Both the position numbers and the translations under genes were made by a program. From an uncultured euryarchaeote (GTDB taxonomy: Archaea; Thermoplasmatota; Poseidoniia; Poseidoniales; Poseidoniaceae), in assembly GCA_937892945.1 (NCBI GenBank), contig CALBIL010000039.1, positions 89,125 to 153,124 of the forward strand: DNA of 64,000 nt, given 5' to 3'. The notes beneath the pieces are model-generated. The model was not told the DNA's origin. It was given only the letters and a program-made list of their open reading frames with translations, and made no database searches. Positions 10,587-20,060 of the stretch are shown here, piece after piece (positions within the stretch are counted from its first letter, which is position 1; each line of letters starts with the position of its first letter).

Positions 10587-10715
10587 ACTTCCCCTCTCTT
10601 TGGTTTCAGTGCACGCACCCTTTGATTCTTCGCTCATTTCGTCATGCTTGAAAAAACCTGTTTGAGAGGTATGTTGATATGGGAGGCGCGATGGCCTAAA
10701 AGCCCGTTGATGTGC

Positions 10716-12347
10716 ATGAAGTACGTTGTTGTGAGCGGGGGAGTCCTTTCTGGTTTAGGGAAAGGCGTAACCGCAAGCAGTATCGGGGTGCTGTTGAAAA
10801 GCGCCGGGCTGCGAGTCACTTCTTTGAAAATCGACCCCTATCTTAACAGCGATGCAGGAACAATGTCACCGTTTGAACACGGCGAAGTTTTCGTTTTAGA
10901 CGACGGCGGCGAGGTCGACCTTGACCTCGGAAACTATGAGCGATTTCTTGATATCAACCTTGGCCGAGATAACAACGTAACGACGGGTAAAATTTATTCA
11001 AAAGTGATTGAGGCCGAACGCCGTGGCGATTATCTTGGGAAAACGGTTCAAGTCATCCCTCACATCACTGGAGCTGTTCAAGATTGGCTCGAGGAAGTCG
11101 CTCATCGACCCGCAGATGGTAGTGATAAAGCACCAGATGCGTGCATTATCGAATTGGGTGGAACCGTTGGCGACATCGAATCAGCCCCTTACATTGAAGC
11201 ACTTCGTCAATTCCAATTCCGAGTTGGGCGAGAAAACGTCACTTTCGTTCATGTCTCCTTGGTTCCTGTGATGGGACCTGTAGGTGAACAGAAAACAAAA
11301 CCTACGCAACACACTGTCAAAGAACTCCGTGGATTAGGAATTACGCCTGATATCCTCGTCTGCCGTTCCTCCGCACCCTTAAACGATGAAACACGAGAAA
11401 AACTCGCAGCATTTTGCCATGTAGCACCAGAAGCAGTCATGTCAACTCACGATGTCCCAAACATCTACCATGTTCCTTTGATGCTGCATGAGCAAGGTTT
11501 GTGCGATATTCTCAAAGTTGATAGCACTGCAACAGACATACTTCAGCGTTGGAGAGTCATGGCTCACCATCTCGATACGTTGTCTGAAGAAGTTCATATT
11601 GCCATGGTTGGGAAATACACGAATTTGTCAGATGCTTATCTTTCAGTCATCAAGAGTTTACAGCATGCTGCAATGGCAGTTGACAGGAAATTGATCATCG
11701 ATTGGATTGAAGCAAGTCACCTTGAATCCGATTGGGAAAATGCCGACGAGCGTTCAGAAGCATGGGGATCACTCAAACAAGCATCTGGAGTTTTAGTCCC
11801 AGGTGGATTTGGTGACCGAGGTGTTGAAGGTAAGATTTTGGCAGCAGAGTATGCACGAACATCCTCAACACCCTATTTGGGAATTTGTCTCGGTTTGCAA
11901 GTTGCAACTATCGAATTTTGTCGAAATGTACTCGGGTTTGAGGAATCGAATTCAACAGAATTTGATGAGAACTGCAAAACCCCAGCAGTTGTCTTCATGC
12001 CGGAGATTTCCAAAACACATCTTGGTGGGACCATGCGACTGGGGAGCCGCCCGACCATATGGCAAGTTGATGAGTGTAAAATCCGTACCCTTTACGGCGA
12101 AGGAGAGTCTGTAGATGAACGTCATCGTCATCGATATGAAGTGAATCCAGATATGATCGATGTCATTGAATCAGCGGGTCTTGTATTTGTTGGCAAAGAT
12201 GAAACAGGTCAACGTTGTGAAATTTTTGAACTCAAAGGGCATCCCTATTACGTCGGCGTCCAATACCATCCTGAATTCAAGAGCCGCCCTGGCCGCCCAA
12301 GTCCACCGTTCCTTGGTTTACTCAAGGCTGCTACGGGTCAGTTGTGA
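10716..12347 (+). CDS. pyrG: CTP synthase
   Basis: [45 protein letters not shown] and QYHPEF motifs. Confidence 0.98.
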   Translation: MKYVVVSGGVLSGLGKGVTASSIGVLLKSAGLRVTSLKIDPYLNSDAGTMSPFEHGEVFVLDDGGEVDLDLGNYERFLDINLGRDNNVTTGKIYSKVIEAERRGDYLGKTVQVIPHITGAVQDWLEEVAHRPADGSDKAPDACIIELGGTVGDIESAPYIEALRQFQFRVGRENVTFVHVSLVPVMGPVGEQKTKPTQHTVKELRGLGITPDILVCRSSAPLNDETREKLAAFCHVAPEAVMSTHDVPNIYHVPLMLHEQGLCDILKVDSTATDILQRWRVMAHHLDTLSEEVHIAMVGKYTNLSDAYLSVIKSLQHAAMAVDRKLIIDWIEASHLESDWENADERSEAWGSLKQASGVLVPGGFGDRGVEGKILAAEYARTSSTPYLGICLGLQVATIEFCRNVLGFEESNSTEFDENCKTPAVVFMPEISKTHLGGTMRLGSRPTIWQVDECKIRTLYGEGESVDERHRHRYEVNPDMIDVIESAGLVFVGKDETGQRCEIFELKGHPYYVGVQYHPEFKSRPGRPSPPFLGLLKAATGQL

Positions 12348-12348
12348 A

Positions 12349-13545
12349 TCAAGCCTCTTCTACTCGAATGAGTCTCGTCGTTCGGAAACCTTGTAAGATT
12401 TTGATGAAGCGTTTCTTTTGGAACACTTGGTCAAGTTCAAATTCACCCGTATCAATTCGGACAGCATTGAGTCCAATCAATTTCGCAGGAGTGGCTACAC
12501 CGAGAATATTGTCAATTCCAATCATACGCAAAACATCGGGAGAGAGTTGAAGGTTTCCGCGACCGATGAGGAATCCTTGCCCACCCATTGGAGAAAGGAG
12601 CAAAACACGCGGACGTGGCTCTCCTTTCTCATCGACATGTAAGGAAATCGTCTGAAGAAGTTGTTGTTCATTGAAGTCACTCAAAAGTTGACGTTTTCCG
12701 TTTTCTACAGGACCAAGAATATCAATTCCAAGTAAGGTGAGTTCCTCGCCACAAAAGTCACCCATTCGGCGCAATGTTCCGCCACTGCCCCAAATCACCA
12801 TCAAATCGGGCTGGTCTTGAAGCAGAGTTTGAACATGATTGGCAAGACCTTCGATGGTATCGGACTCGCTTGTTCGTTCGACTTGTTCTTTTGCACCTTG
12901 CATGAATCGAGGGCTGGCAGGAGTCCATGCTTCGCCATACATTCGAACTTTCCACACGCCCTCTTGATAGACCTCTTCATCCAAATCCATCACTTCAGTA
13001 ATCGCACATCGCAAATCCCCAATAAGGAAAGATAAGGTGACTTCAGCAGCAGCTTTTGGCGTAGTTGCAAAACAACCCGAATGCATCTTTACCCCACCAG
13101 GAACACCGATGAGAGGGATTTCTTGTGCCTCTTTACTAATGTTCTCAAGTGTATTCGCGATATCACGAGTTGTACCGTCTCCACCAGCGTAGAGAATGGC
13201 TTCAGCACCAGCCTTGACTAGAGCGGTAACCAATTGGCTTGTCTCAGTCACTGAAGTTTCATCGGGCGTTTCTCCAATTTCTGTAAAAAACATCTTTTCA
13301 TTTGGTGAAGGAACCCAAGTATCACCCATTCTCCCCTTCCACCCCAAACATTCGAGTTCCACATTTGAGCGATTAAGCGAACCCGAAAGGAGGGTTTTCA
13401 ATGCTTCAAGTGTCTGTTGCATTCGTGGGCCTGCTCGGTCTTCAGCACCTGCAGCACGGGCTTCAGCAGCACGCCCATCACTCCCTTTGAAACCCAACCG
13501 GCCGCCGAGTCCTGCGTCAGGATTGACCACGATACCGATGCGCAT
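12349..13545 (-). CDS. ATP-NAD kinase family protein
   Basis: VVNPDAGLGG..GFKGSDG, GGDGTTRD, GVKMHSG and GQGFLIGRGNLQLS motifs. Confidence 0.85.
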   Translation of the reverse strand: MRIGIVVNPDAGLGGRLGFKGSDGRAAEARAAGAEDRAGPRMQQTLEALKTLLSGSLNRSNVELECLGWKGRMGDTWVPSPNEKMFFTEIGETPDETSVTETSQLVTALVKAGAEAILYAGGDGTTRDIANTLENISKEAQEIPLIGVPGGVKMHSGCFATTPKAAAEVTLSFLIGDLRCAITEVMDLDEEVYQEGVWKVRMYGEAWTPASPRFMQGAKEQVERTSESDTIEGLANHVQTLLQDQPDLMVIWGSGGTLRRMGDFCGEELTLLGIDILGPVENGKRQLLSDFNEQQLLQTISLHVDEKGEPRPRVLLLSPMGGQGFLIGRGNLQLSPDVLRMIGIDNILGVATPAKLIGLNAVRIDTGEFELDQVFQKKRFIKILQGFRTTRLIRVEEA

Positions 13546-13635
13546 GAATGTGCGAAGCGTTTCACCTTCAAGAAGACCTGCATTGACGTGATTTGAAGCG
13601 ATGGCATCAAAAAGCAGTGCTAAGGGGGATATATT

Positions 13636-14379
13636 GTGAATACTGTTCAACGCCGGCGCCTTTCGATTCTTCTCATGGTTGGGTCGACTTGTTTATGGCT
13701 TATTGCAGGATACGTCACTTGGATTTGGAACGGTTGTAAAGCCTACATGCCGTTTATTTCTGATTTTGATTTGTATGAACCTGGTGACACGATTTTTACA
13801 GTTGGCACCTTTGTCAGCGGTTTTCTAGTCTTTTGGATCATCATGGAGATTCACTCAATGAATATGAAGCGTATTACTGATGGTGGCTATCATTCACTTT
13901 GGCATGGCTTGAATCATCTTGCAGTTTTTCCAGGCTTAATCGGAGCCTTTTCATGTATTCGCATAGGGTCAGTTCCATGGGATATCGACGGTCCAATGCA
14001 TGGGCACTACGCCCTTGACATCTTTACGAATGGCGTCTATTGGTGTTTGATTGTCTCGGCTGTTACAATCCGAATTTGGTGGGGTCATGAACGTTTTCGA
14101 ATGGTACTTGGGCTACGTGTTTTTGCAGCAGCGGCAGCATTTGTTGGTTTGGTCAAAATGCTCTCAACCCAAGCGAAGGTATGGGGCCCCGACTTCGATT
14201 GGGATTCATACAATGCAATGACCTCGGACATGCTCACTTTTTGCACAAGTTCCGTGTATCCTTTGCTGAATGTTGCTGCTGTTTGGGAGTATGTTCTTGT
14301 GTTTGGAATTCTCGGTACAATTTTATCGTTTTTACCTGAGGTCATCTTTGTTGATTCGTTGAATGATGAAGAGGAATAA
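13636..14379 (+). CDS. Frag1/DRAM/Sfk1-like six-TM membrane protein
   Basis: YMPFISD after TM1, a conserved His before TM4, and AAVWEY in the last TM. Confidence 0.6.
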   Translation: MNTVQRRRLSILLMVGSTCLWLIAGYVTWIWNGCKAYMPFISDFDLYEPGDTIFTVGTFVSGFLVFWIIMEIHSMNMKRITDGGYHSLWHGLNHLAVFPGLIGAFSCIRIGSVPWDIDGPMHGHYALDIFTNGVYWCLIVSAVTIRIWWGHERFRMVLGLRVFAAAAAFVGLVKMLSTQAKVWGPDFDWDSYNAMTSDMLTFCTSSVYPLLNVAAVWEYVLVFGILGTILSFLPEVIFVDSLNDEEE

Positions 14380-14434
14380 AGCCAACACACATCTTAGGAG
14401 AGCATTGATGTGCTCTACATGCTTTGGTAAAAAC

Positions 14435-14773
14435 ATGAGTCGAAGGAAAGCAGAGGTTCCAAGTCTTGCTGATGCATTAGCCAAGGGTTTTGCCGAACTC
14501 AAAACGACTGAAGAAAACCCTTTACCATCTGAGGAAGTTTCAGTGATCCCGGATGTGCAAGAATCAATCGAGGTTGAATCCTCTCAAAAGCCGCAATACG
14601 GCCGTCCAACACAACACAAAGGTCAAGAAAGCAGTTTTGTTTTTACCCCCGATACACCATCCGAATCAGTCAATACAGATGCAGAAGTTACCAAAAAAGC
14701 CGAACGACCAGTTGTCGAAATCCTTGACAAACCGAGCACTTCACTCGGTGATGATTTTGATGTTGAATGGTAA
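14435..14773 (+). CDS. Hypothetical acidic, probably disordered protein
   Basis: ORF rich in E/S/P/T, ending DDFDVEW. Confidence 0.6.
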   Translation: MSRRKAEVPSLADALAKGFAELKTTEENPLPSEEVSVIPDVQESIEVESSQKPQYGRPTQHKGQESSFVFTPDTPSESVNTDAEVTKKAERPVVEILDKPSTSLGDDFDVEW

Positions 14774-14817
14774 GAGTCGATACAGGTCCTTATGAGTGTA
14801 AACATTAGCCGGAGGGT

Positions 14818-15369
14818 ATGGAAGTAACGCGGAAATTTGTTCGAATTTTTATTATGATCTTCGGAACTCTTGTACTTGTATCCTATCTTTACGGCCTTTC
14901 ACACGCTTCGGATCAGGCTGCCTTATGGGGAGGAATACCTTGGTCACAGGCCCAGTTCATTGTACCTTTCATGTTCTTGGCTGCCTTTGGTTTCTTGATG
15001 TACTGGTGGACCATTCTCTATCAAAATGATGCATCTGCAATGGAATCTCTTCGCTGGCCTTGGGGAGAATCCGACGGCGGTGGAGGTGCCCGCCTCTTGT
15101 TGGCCTTCGCATTACTCGTCATCCCTTCGGCATTATGGCTTGAGGCAACCATTTTCCATCTTGATAACCAATACAGCTGGACTCCGATTCTGGTTGTGGG
15201 GGTTTTACTGCTTGCCTGTGTTGGAAACATTCTGATGGGTCTGCTGGCTTATTCGGCTTACGTCGATGAATTGCCAGGTGGTGGAAAAATGCTTCTTGGT
15301 TCCATTTTCCTCGGCATCCAGTGTATCATCTTTGACGGAATTTATTGGAATCTGAAATTTCCTTGGTGA
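14818..15369 (+). CDS. Hypothetical membrane protein (~5 TM)
   Basis: GGAGG SD directly upstream; hydrophobic helices; LWGG and PSALW motifs. Confidence 0.75.
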   Translation: MEVTRKFVRIFIMIFGTLVLVSYLYGLSHASDQAALWGGIPWSQAQFIVPFMFLAAFGFLMYWWTILYQNDASAMESLRWPWGESDGGGGARLLLAFALLVIPSALWLEATIFHLDNQYSWTPILVVGVLLLACVGNILMGLLAYSAYVDELPGGGKMLLGSIFLGIQCIIFDGIYWNLKFPW

Positions 15370-15437
15370 CGAATTGAAAAGTGTACTTGTATGCCTATTT
15401 CACTGCCATATCGAGTGATGGTTTGATGAAGGGTAGA

Positions 15438-15454
15438 CAACCCCGTAGGGGTTG
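15438..15454 (+). promoter_or_regulatory. Hairpin abutting the thrS Shine-Dalgarno sequence
   Basis: CAACCCC-GTA-GGGGTTG perfect 7-bp stem immediately followed by AAGGAG and a TTG start. Confidence 0.45.
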
Positions 15455-15468
15455 AAGGAGAGAGTAAA

Positions 15469-17496
15469 TTGACACTCATCAACGTCACCCTACCTGATGG
15501 AACAGTGAATGAATATGCAGCGGGTGTTACTTGCGCTGAAGTCATTACCGATGCATTAGGTCGTAAGCATGGATGTTTAGCCGCTCGATTGGATGGCATT
15601 GAATGCGATTTATCCCATGTGCTTGACAACGATTGTTCCATTGAAGGTATTCTTTCAGAATCTGATGATGGACTCCACATCCTCCGCCACAGTGCAGCAC
15701 ACTTACTTGCTCAAGCAGTAATGTCTCTTTATCCCGGTGCAAAACCAACGATTGGCCCGGCAATAGACCGAGGCTTTTACTATGACTTCGCCATGGAACA
15801 AATTGTCGAATCTGATCTTAAAGCAATTCAAAAGAAGATGCAAGAATTAGCCCGGAAAAACTTCACAGTTGAACGAATCGAATTAACCGATGAAGAATTA
15901 CAAGACCATTTTGCAGATAACCCCTACAAACTTGAAATCATGAATGATAAAATCGAAGATGGTAGTGGTTCAACAATTTACAAACAGGATGATTGGTATG
16001 ATTTATGCCTTGGCCCCCACGTTCCAAATACATCACGATTGATGAATGTTAAACTCACCAGCATCTCTTCAGCGTATTGGAGAGGCGATCAAGACCGTGA
16101 ACAACTGGTCCGGATTTACGGCATTGTCGAAGCGAGTAAAGAAGCCCTGCGTGCAACCCTCGACCGTCTTGAGCAAGCCAAAAAGCGAGACCACCGTAAG
16201 CTTGGTAAGGATTTACAACTGTTCCATATCGATGAAGAAGTCGGCCAGGGATTGATTTTATGGACGCCACGAGGTTCCATTATTCGTCAAGAATTACAGG
16301 ATTTTATTTCGTTCCATTTGCGCCGCCAAGGCTATTCGCAAGTCTTCACACCCCATGTTGGTAAACTCGATTTATACCGAACTTCAGGCCACTTCCCCTA
16401 CTATCAAGACTCTCAATACCCCCCTCTTGTTGAACGAGAGTTGATGAACAAACTCGCAGATGAAGGCTGCACCTGTGGCGAACTCTCGAATTTGATGAAG
16501 AGTGGAGACATCGATGGATACATGCTTAAACCGATGAATTGCCCACACCATATCAAACTCTATGCATCACAAATGCGCTCATACCGTGACCTACCTCTCC
16601 GATTGGCAGAATTTGGTACGGTGTATCGTTGGGAACAATCCGGTGAGATTTCTGGAATGACCCGCGTTCGAGGTTTTACACAAGACGATGCCCATCTCTT
16701 TGTAACAGAAGACCAAATTGCTGAAGAGGTCCTCGGATGTATTGAGTTGGTTCAAATTATATTTGAGAAACTTGGAATGACCGATTACCGAGTACGGGTT
16801 GGCCTACGCGATTTGGATTCCGACAAATACGTCGGTGAACCTGAACGCTGGGATAAAGCCGAAGAAGCATGTCGTGCCGCAGCAGAATCGCTTGGGGTTA
16901 ATTGGTCCGAAGAACAAGGAGAGGCTGCATTTTACGGTCCAAAGATTGATTTCGTTGTCAAAGATGTGATTGGTCGAGAATGGCAACTTGGTACAGTTCA
17001 AGTTGACTACAACTTACCAGAACGTTTCGGTTTGGAATACAAAGGGAGCGATGGTGAATTACACAGGCCAGTCATGATTCATAGAGCACCGTTTGGTTCG
17101 ATGGAACGATTCTGTGGAGTGTTGATTGAACATTTTGCTGGTAAGTTCCCTACATGGTTAACTCCAACTCACTGCCATATCATTACCATCTCCGAAAAAC
17201 ATACGGCATATGCTGACGAAGTCGCTCAGTTGCTTCGAGACAATGAAATACGTGTGGAAATCGATAACGGTGATGACACGATTGGAAAGAAAATCCGAAC
17301 TCATCGTAAGATGCAACCCGCTTATATGGTAATCCTGGGCGATGGAGAAATTGAAACTCGAACGGTTAGTTTACGCGCCCGAAACGGTGACCAAGTGAGC
17401 GGAATACCGCTTGATACATTTGTCAAGGATTTGAGAACTGAAATAGACGAAAAAAGAGTTGAACCTTCTTTAGTGGTTTCACCAAACGAGGATTGA
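15469..17496 (+). CDS. thrS: Threonine--tRNA ligase (bacterial type with TGS and editing domains)
   Basis: RHSAAHLLA, DLCLGPH, RDHRKLG, KPMNCPHH, RVRGFTQDDAH, FYGPKID and HRAPFGSMERF motifs. Confidence 0.97.
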   Translation: MTLINVTLPDGTVNEYAAGVTCAEVITDALGRKHGCLAARLDGIECDLSHVLDNDCSIEGILSESDDGLHILRHSAAHLLAQAVMSLYPGAKPTIGPAIDRGFYYDFAMEQIVESDLKAIQKKMQELARKNFTVERIELTDEELQDHFADNPYKLEIMNDKIEDGSGSTIYKQDDWYDLCLGPHVPNTSRLMNVKLTSISSAYWRGDQDREQLVRIYGIVEASKEALRATLDRLEQAKKRDHRKLGKDLQLFHIDEEVGQGLILWTPRGSIIRQELQDFISFHLRRQGYSQVFTPHVGKLDLYRTSGHFPYYQDSQYPPLVERELMNKLADEGCTCGELSNLMKSGDIDGYMLKPMNCPHHIKLYASQMRSYRDLPLRLAEFGTVYRWEQSGEISGMTRVRGFTQDDAHLFVTEDQIAEEVLGCIELVQIIFEKLGMTDYRVRVGLRDLDSDKYVGEPERWDKAEEACRAAAESLGVNWSEEQGEAAFYGPKIDFVVKDVIGREWQLGTVQVDYNLPERFGLEYKGSDGELHRPVMIHRAPFGSMERFCGVLIEHFAGKFPTWLTPTHCHIITISEKHTAYADEVAQLLRDNEIRVEIDNGDDTIGKKIRTHRKMQPAYMVILGDGEIETRTVSLRARNGDQVSGIPLDTFVKDLRTEIDEKRVEPSLVVSPNED

Positions 17497-17505
17497 GTGA
17501 TTCCA

Positions 17506-20058
17506 ATGACAGCACCACCAATTATTAGCGGATTCACCCTTGCCGCTTTGGTACCGTATGTTTTGGCTGCTGCAACCGCTTGGTTGTTTTGGACCCGTGT
17601 AGTCCCTCACCAATTACGTGGCTTACAAGTCGCTTTTGAAACAGGCGAAAAGCGATATGAAGTTCACGAAGTAACTTCTTCAACACAAGATGCTCGCGAT
17701 TTACTCCGTTCAAGAGGCATGCAACCTGGGGTGGCTACCTATATTTTCGCTTTAGTAGGAGCTCTACTGCTGTTTTTTGAATACGTGATGATTCGTTTAG
17801 GACTTTCAGAAGGCTATCATACGCCTTCACTGAGTGTAGCATTGATTTTTATTGCGCTACCTGCTTTGATATCTACGGGGACTTCTCTTGGCGCTCAGGT
17901 GATTAAGCCCATTGGTCAAAGCCGAGCATCTTTACAAAATTCGAACATTTGGCGGAGTTTGAAATATACATTACTGATCTTGACTTGGATTGTCTTGGTT
18001 ATCGGGCTTTATCTTGTTTTAGAGGATGCAGGAGTAGATGTATCACGTCGATTCAGTATTTGCATATTTGCGTTGATGTCACCATCTATTCTTGCCTATG
18101 GCCGAATTCTTGGTTCATCATGGCAAGCTCTCCGTCAGTCTTCTCGAAAAATTTCGCGAGGAGAACCTTCCCCGTTTCACAACCATATCCCGAATGCCCG
18201 ACAACAGGCCGTGGCGCAAATCGTTAACCTCAACTTGGTTGTAATGCCATACATCGCTTTGAATACGCTTCTTTCACTCCTCGTCTTGCTATATGATCCA
18301 GATCTCCTTCTTCATTCTAACCGAGTTCTTGAATTGCCTGAATACACACTCCAAACGACGTTTATGGAAGAGGGTGGACTCCTTGGTTTTGGTCTCATTG
18401 AATTATTTTCATTCATCCCAGTGTCTGGAATTCGTCAACCTCTTGTTCAATTTGTTTTACTGTTTTTGTTGTTGAACGTTGCCCTTATTGGTTTTCTTTT
18501 CGTGTATGAAGTTGCTCGAATCCTTTTCCTCGATGTTCAAGATGTATCTGGTAAAGGTGGCATCAAATTGGCTGACAGTCGCCTTTTGAGGGCTGAGCCA
18601 AGTCAACAGGCTAAAGTTCTTAATTTCTGTTTTACAGGATTTGCAGGTCAGTCGATGCTCTTATTGGCATTAGGAATGATTACTTTTTGGGATTCAGCCG
18701 CCCTACCCCAAGGCGCTAATTGCGGTGATTGGGAAAACAAAGTATGTGGCGTTTTAGAAAAGGATGCTCTTGAAGAACTCACGTGGATGTTGGCCTCTGG
18801 TGGCCAAATCGCCTTCCTCACCATCTGGCTCAAGTCACGTCGCATCGGGTTGGAATTAGAAGACATCACCTTTGATACGACAGTTGGAGTAGACAGAGCT
18901 CGCCTTTCCGAAATGCAAGATGTCATTTATCTCAAACAAAAACCGTTCACGGATTTGATTGCGAATGACCAATGGTCAATTGCTCTCGACCGTTTAGATA
19001 AGATTTATGAAGGCCATGGCAAGCAATTAGAGGGACTTACTTTGGCACGTAAAACCGACGCTATGATGGAATTGTATGCTGGATTGGGGCGTTGGAACGA
19101 GGCTGAGCATGAAGCCGTATCTCTCCTTGCTTTACGTGGAGGCCGTGAAGCACAAGTCGCTCGTTTAGTTCTCTGTGCATCCAGTTTATCACAACGTGAT
19201 TATGCGGAAGCAAAACCCCGTCTCGGATTGTTAATCTCCGATGATATTGAAACAGCTCGGTTACAGTGGGCTGCTTCATTATTCAATCCCAAACAACGAG
19301 TATTAGAGCCTGAATTCAAAGCCCTTCTTTCGATTGATTCGGTAATGAAACGAAATATTGACCTTGTCAAACGCTATCAAAAGGGTATTGCTCAAAGTGA
19401 ACTCAAATATCTCGATACACCCCCCGGACGAATTTTCTTACTGAGCGATATCGCTCGAATGCGTTTAGCGGGTACACCAGATAAAGCATTGAACTTGCTT
19501 GAACACTTCATTAAATCCTTTGAGATCACAAACTGGTCACATGGGGAAGTTGTTCGAGCCTTACTTCACATCGATGCAGGGAGAATCAATACCGGTGTGA
19601 CAATGGCTGAAAAACTTGCAGCCTCAAATCCCCGCCACCCTCACGTCCGAAATCTCATTGGTGCACTCGCCCGTGCAGGTCATACTGAGATGCTTCCATC
19701 AGAAACTACGCCGATAGAATGGCTCAATGATTCCGGTCTTGATTGGCTTGATGGCTGGACAATGAAACACGTGGTCGCGCCACCCCCTACTTTTGCAAGA
19801 AAACCGTTAATTCAACACGCTTGGAAATCGAATGGGTGGACAGCATTTAATGGATCAGGTAGTCTCTCTGAAGCAATTAAGAGAAAGGCAAACGGCTGGA
19901 AAGTCGTTCAGCAAGTGTGGCCTGATGATTTACCAATGTGTATTCACACCCACTTAACAGGAATTGTTGTCACTATTTCTGGAATGCCTGTTGACCTTGG
20001 GTTCCCTGGTACGCTTGATCTTAAATCAATTGAAAAGAAAGGTTTGCTCGAACTGTAA
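17506..20058 (+). CDS. Large multi-TM membrane protein with C-terminal TPR-like helical domain
   Basis: About 9 hydrophobic segments in the N-half and amphipathic A/L-rich helical repeats in the C-half. Confidence 0.7.
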   Translation: MTAPPIISGFTLAALVPYVLAAATAWLFWTRVVPHQLRGLQVAFETGEKRYEVHEVTSSTQDARDLLRSRGMQPGVATYIFALVGALLLFFEYVMIRLGLSEGYHTPSLSVALIFIALPALISTGTSLGAQVIKPIGQSRASLQNSNIWRSLKYTLLILTWIVLVIGLYLVLEDAGVDVSRRFSICIFALMSPSILAYGRILGSSWQALRQSSRKISRGEPSPFHNHIPNARQQAVAQIVNLNLVVMPYIALNTLLSLLVLLYDPDLLLHSNRVLELPEYTLQTTFMEEGGLLGFGLIELFSFIPVSGIRQPLVQFVLLFLLLNVALIGFLFVYEVARILFLDVQDVSGKGGIKLADSRLLRAEPSQQAKVLNFCFTGFAGQSMLLLALGMITFWDSAALPQGANCGDWENKVCGVLEKDALEELTWMLASGGQIAFLTIWLKSRRIGLELEDITFDTTVGVDRARLSEMQDVIYLKQKPFTDLIANDQWSIALDRLDKIYEGHGKQLEGLTLARKTDAMMELYAGLGRWNEAEHEAVSLLALRGGREAQVARLVLCASSLSQRDYAEAKPRLGLLISDDIETARLQWAASLFNPKQRVLEPEFKALLSIDSVMKRNIDLVKRYQKGIAQSELKYLDTPPGRIFLLSDIARMRLAGTPDKALNLLEHFIKSFEITNWSHGEVVRALLHIDAGRINTGVTMAEKLAASNPRHPHVRNLIGALARAGHTEMLPSETTPIEWLNDSGLDWLDGWTMKHVVAPPPTFARKPLIQHAWKSNGWTAFNGSGSLSEAIKRKANGWKVVQQVWPDDLPMCIHTHLTGIVVTISGMPVDLGFPGTLDLKSIEKKGLLEL

Positions 20059-20060
20059 AG

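Noticed and set aside
17494-17499. thrS TGA immediately followed in frame by the next ORF (possible readthrough or Sec)
   Set aside because: ThrRS is already complete at its normal C-terminus, the downstream gene has its own ATG at 17506, and abutting genes are common in this compact genome.
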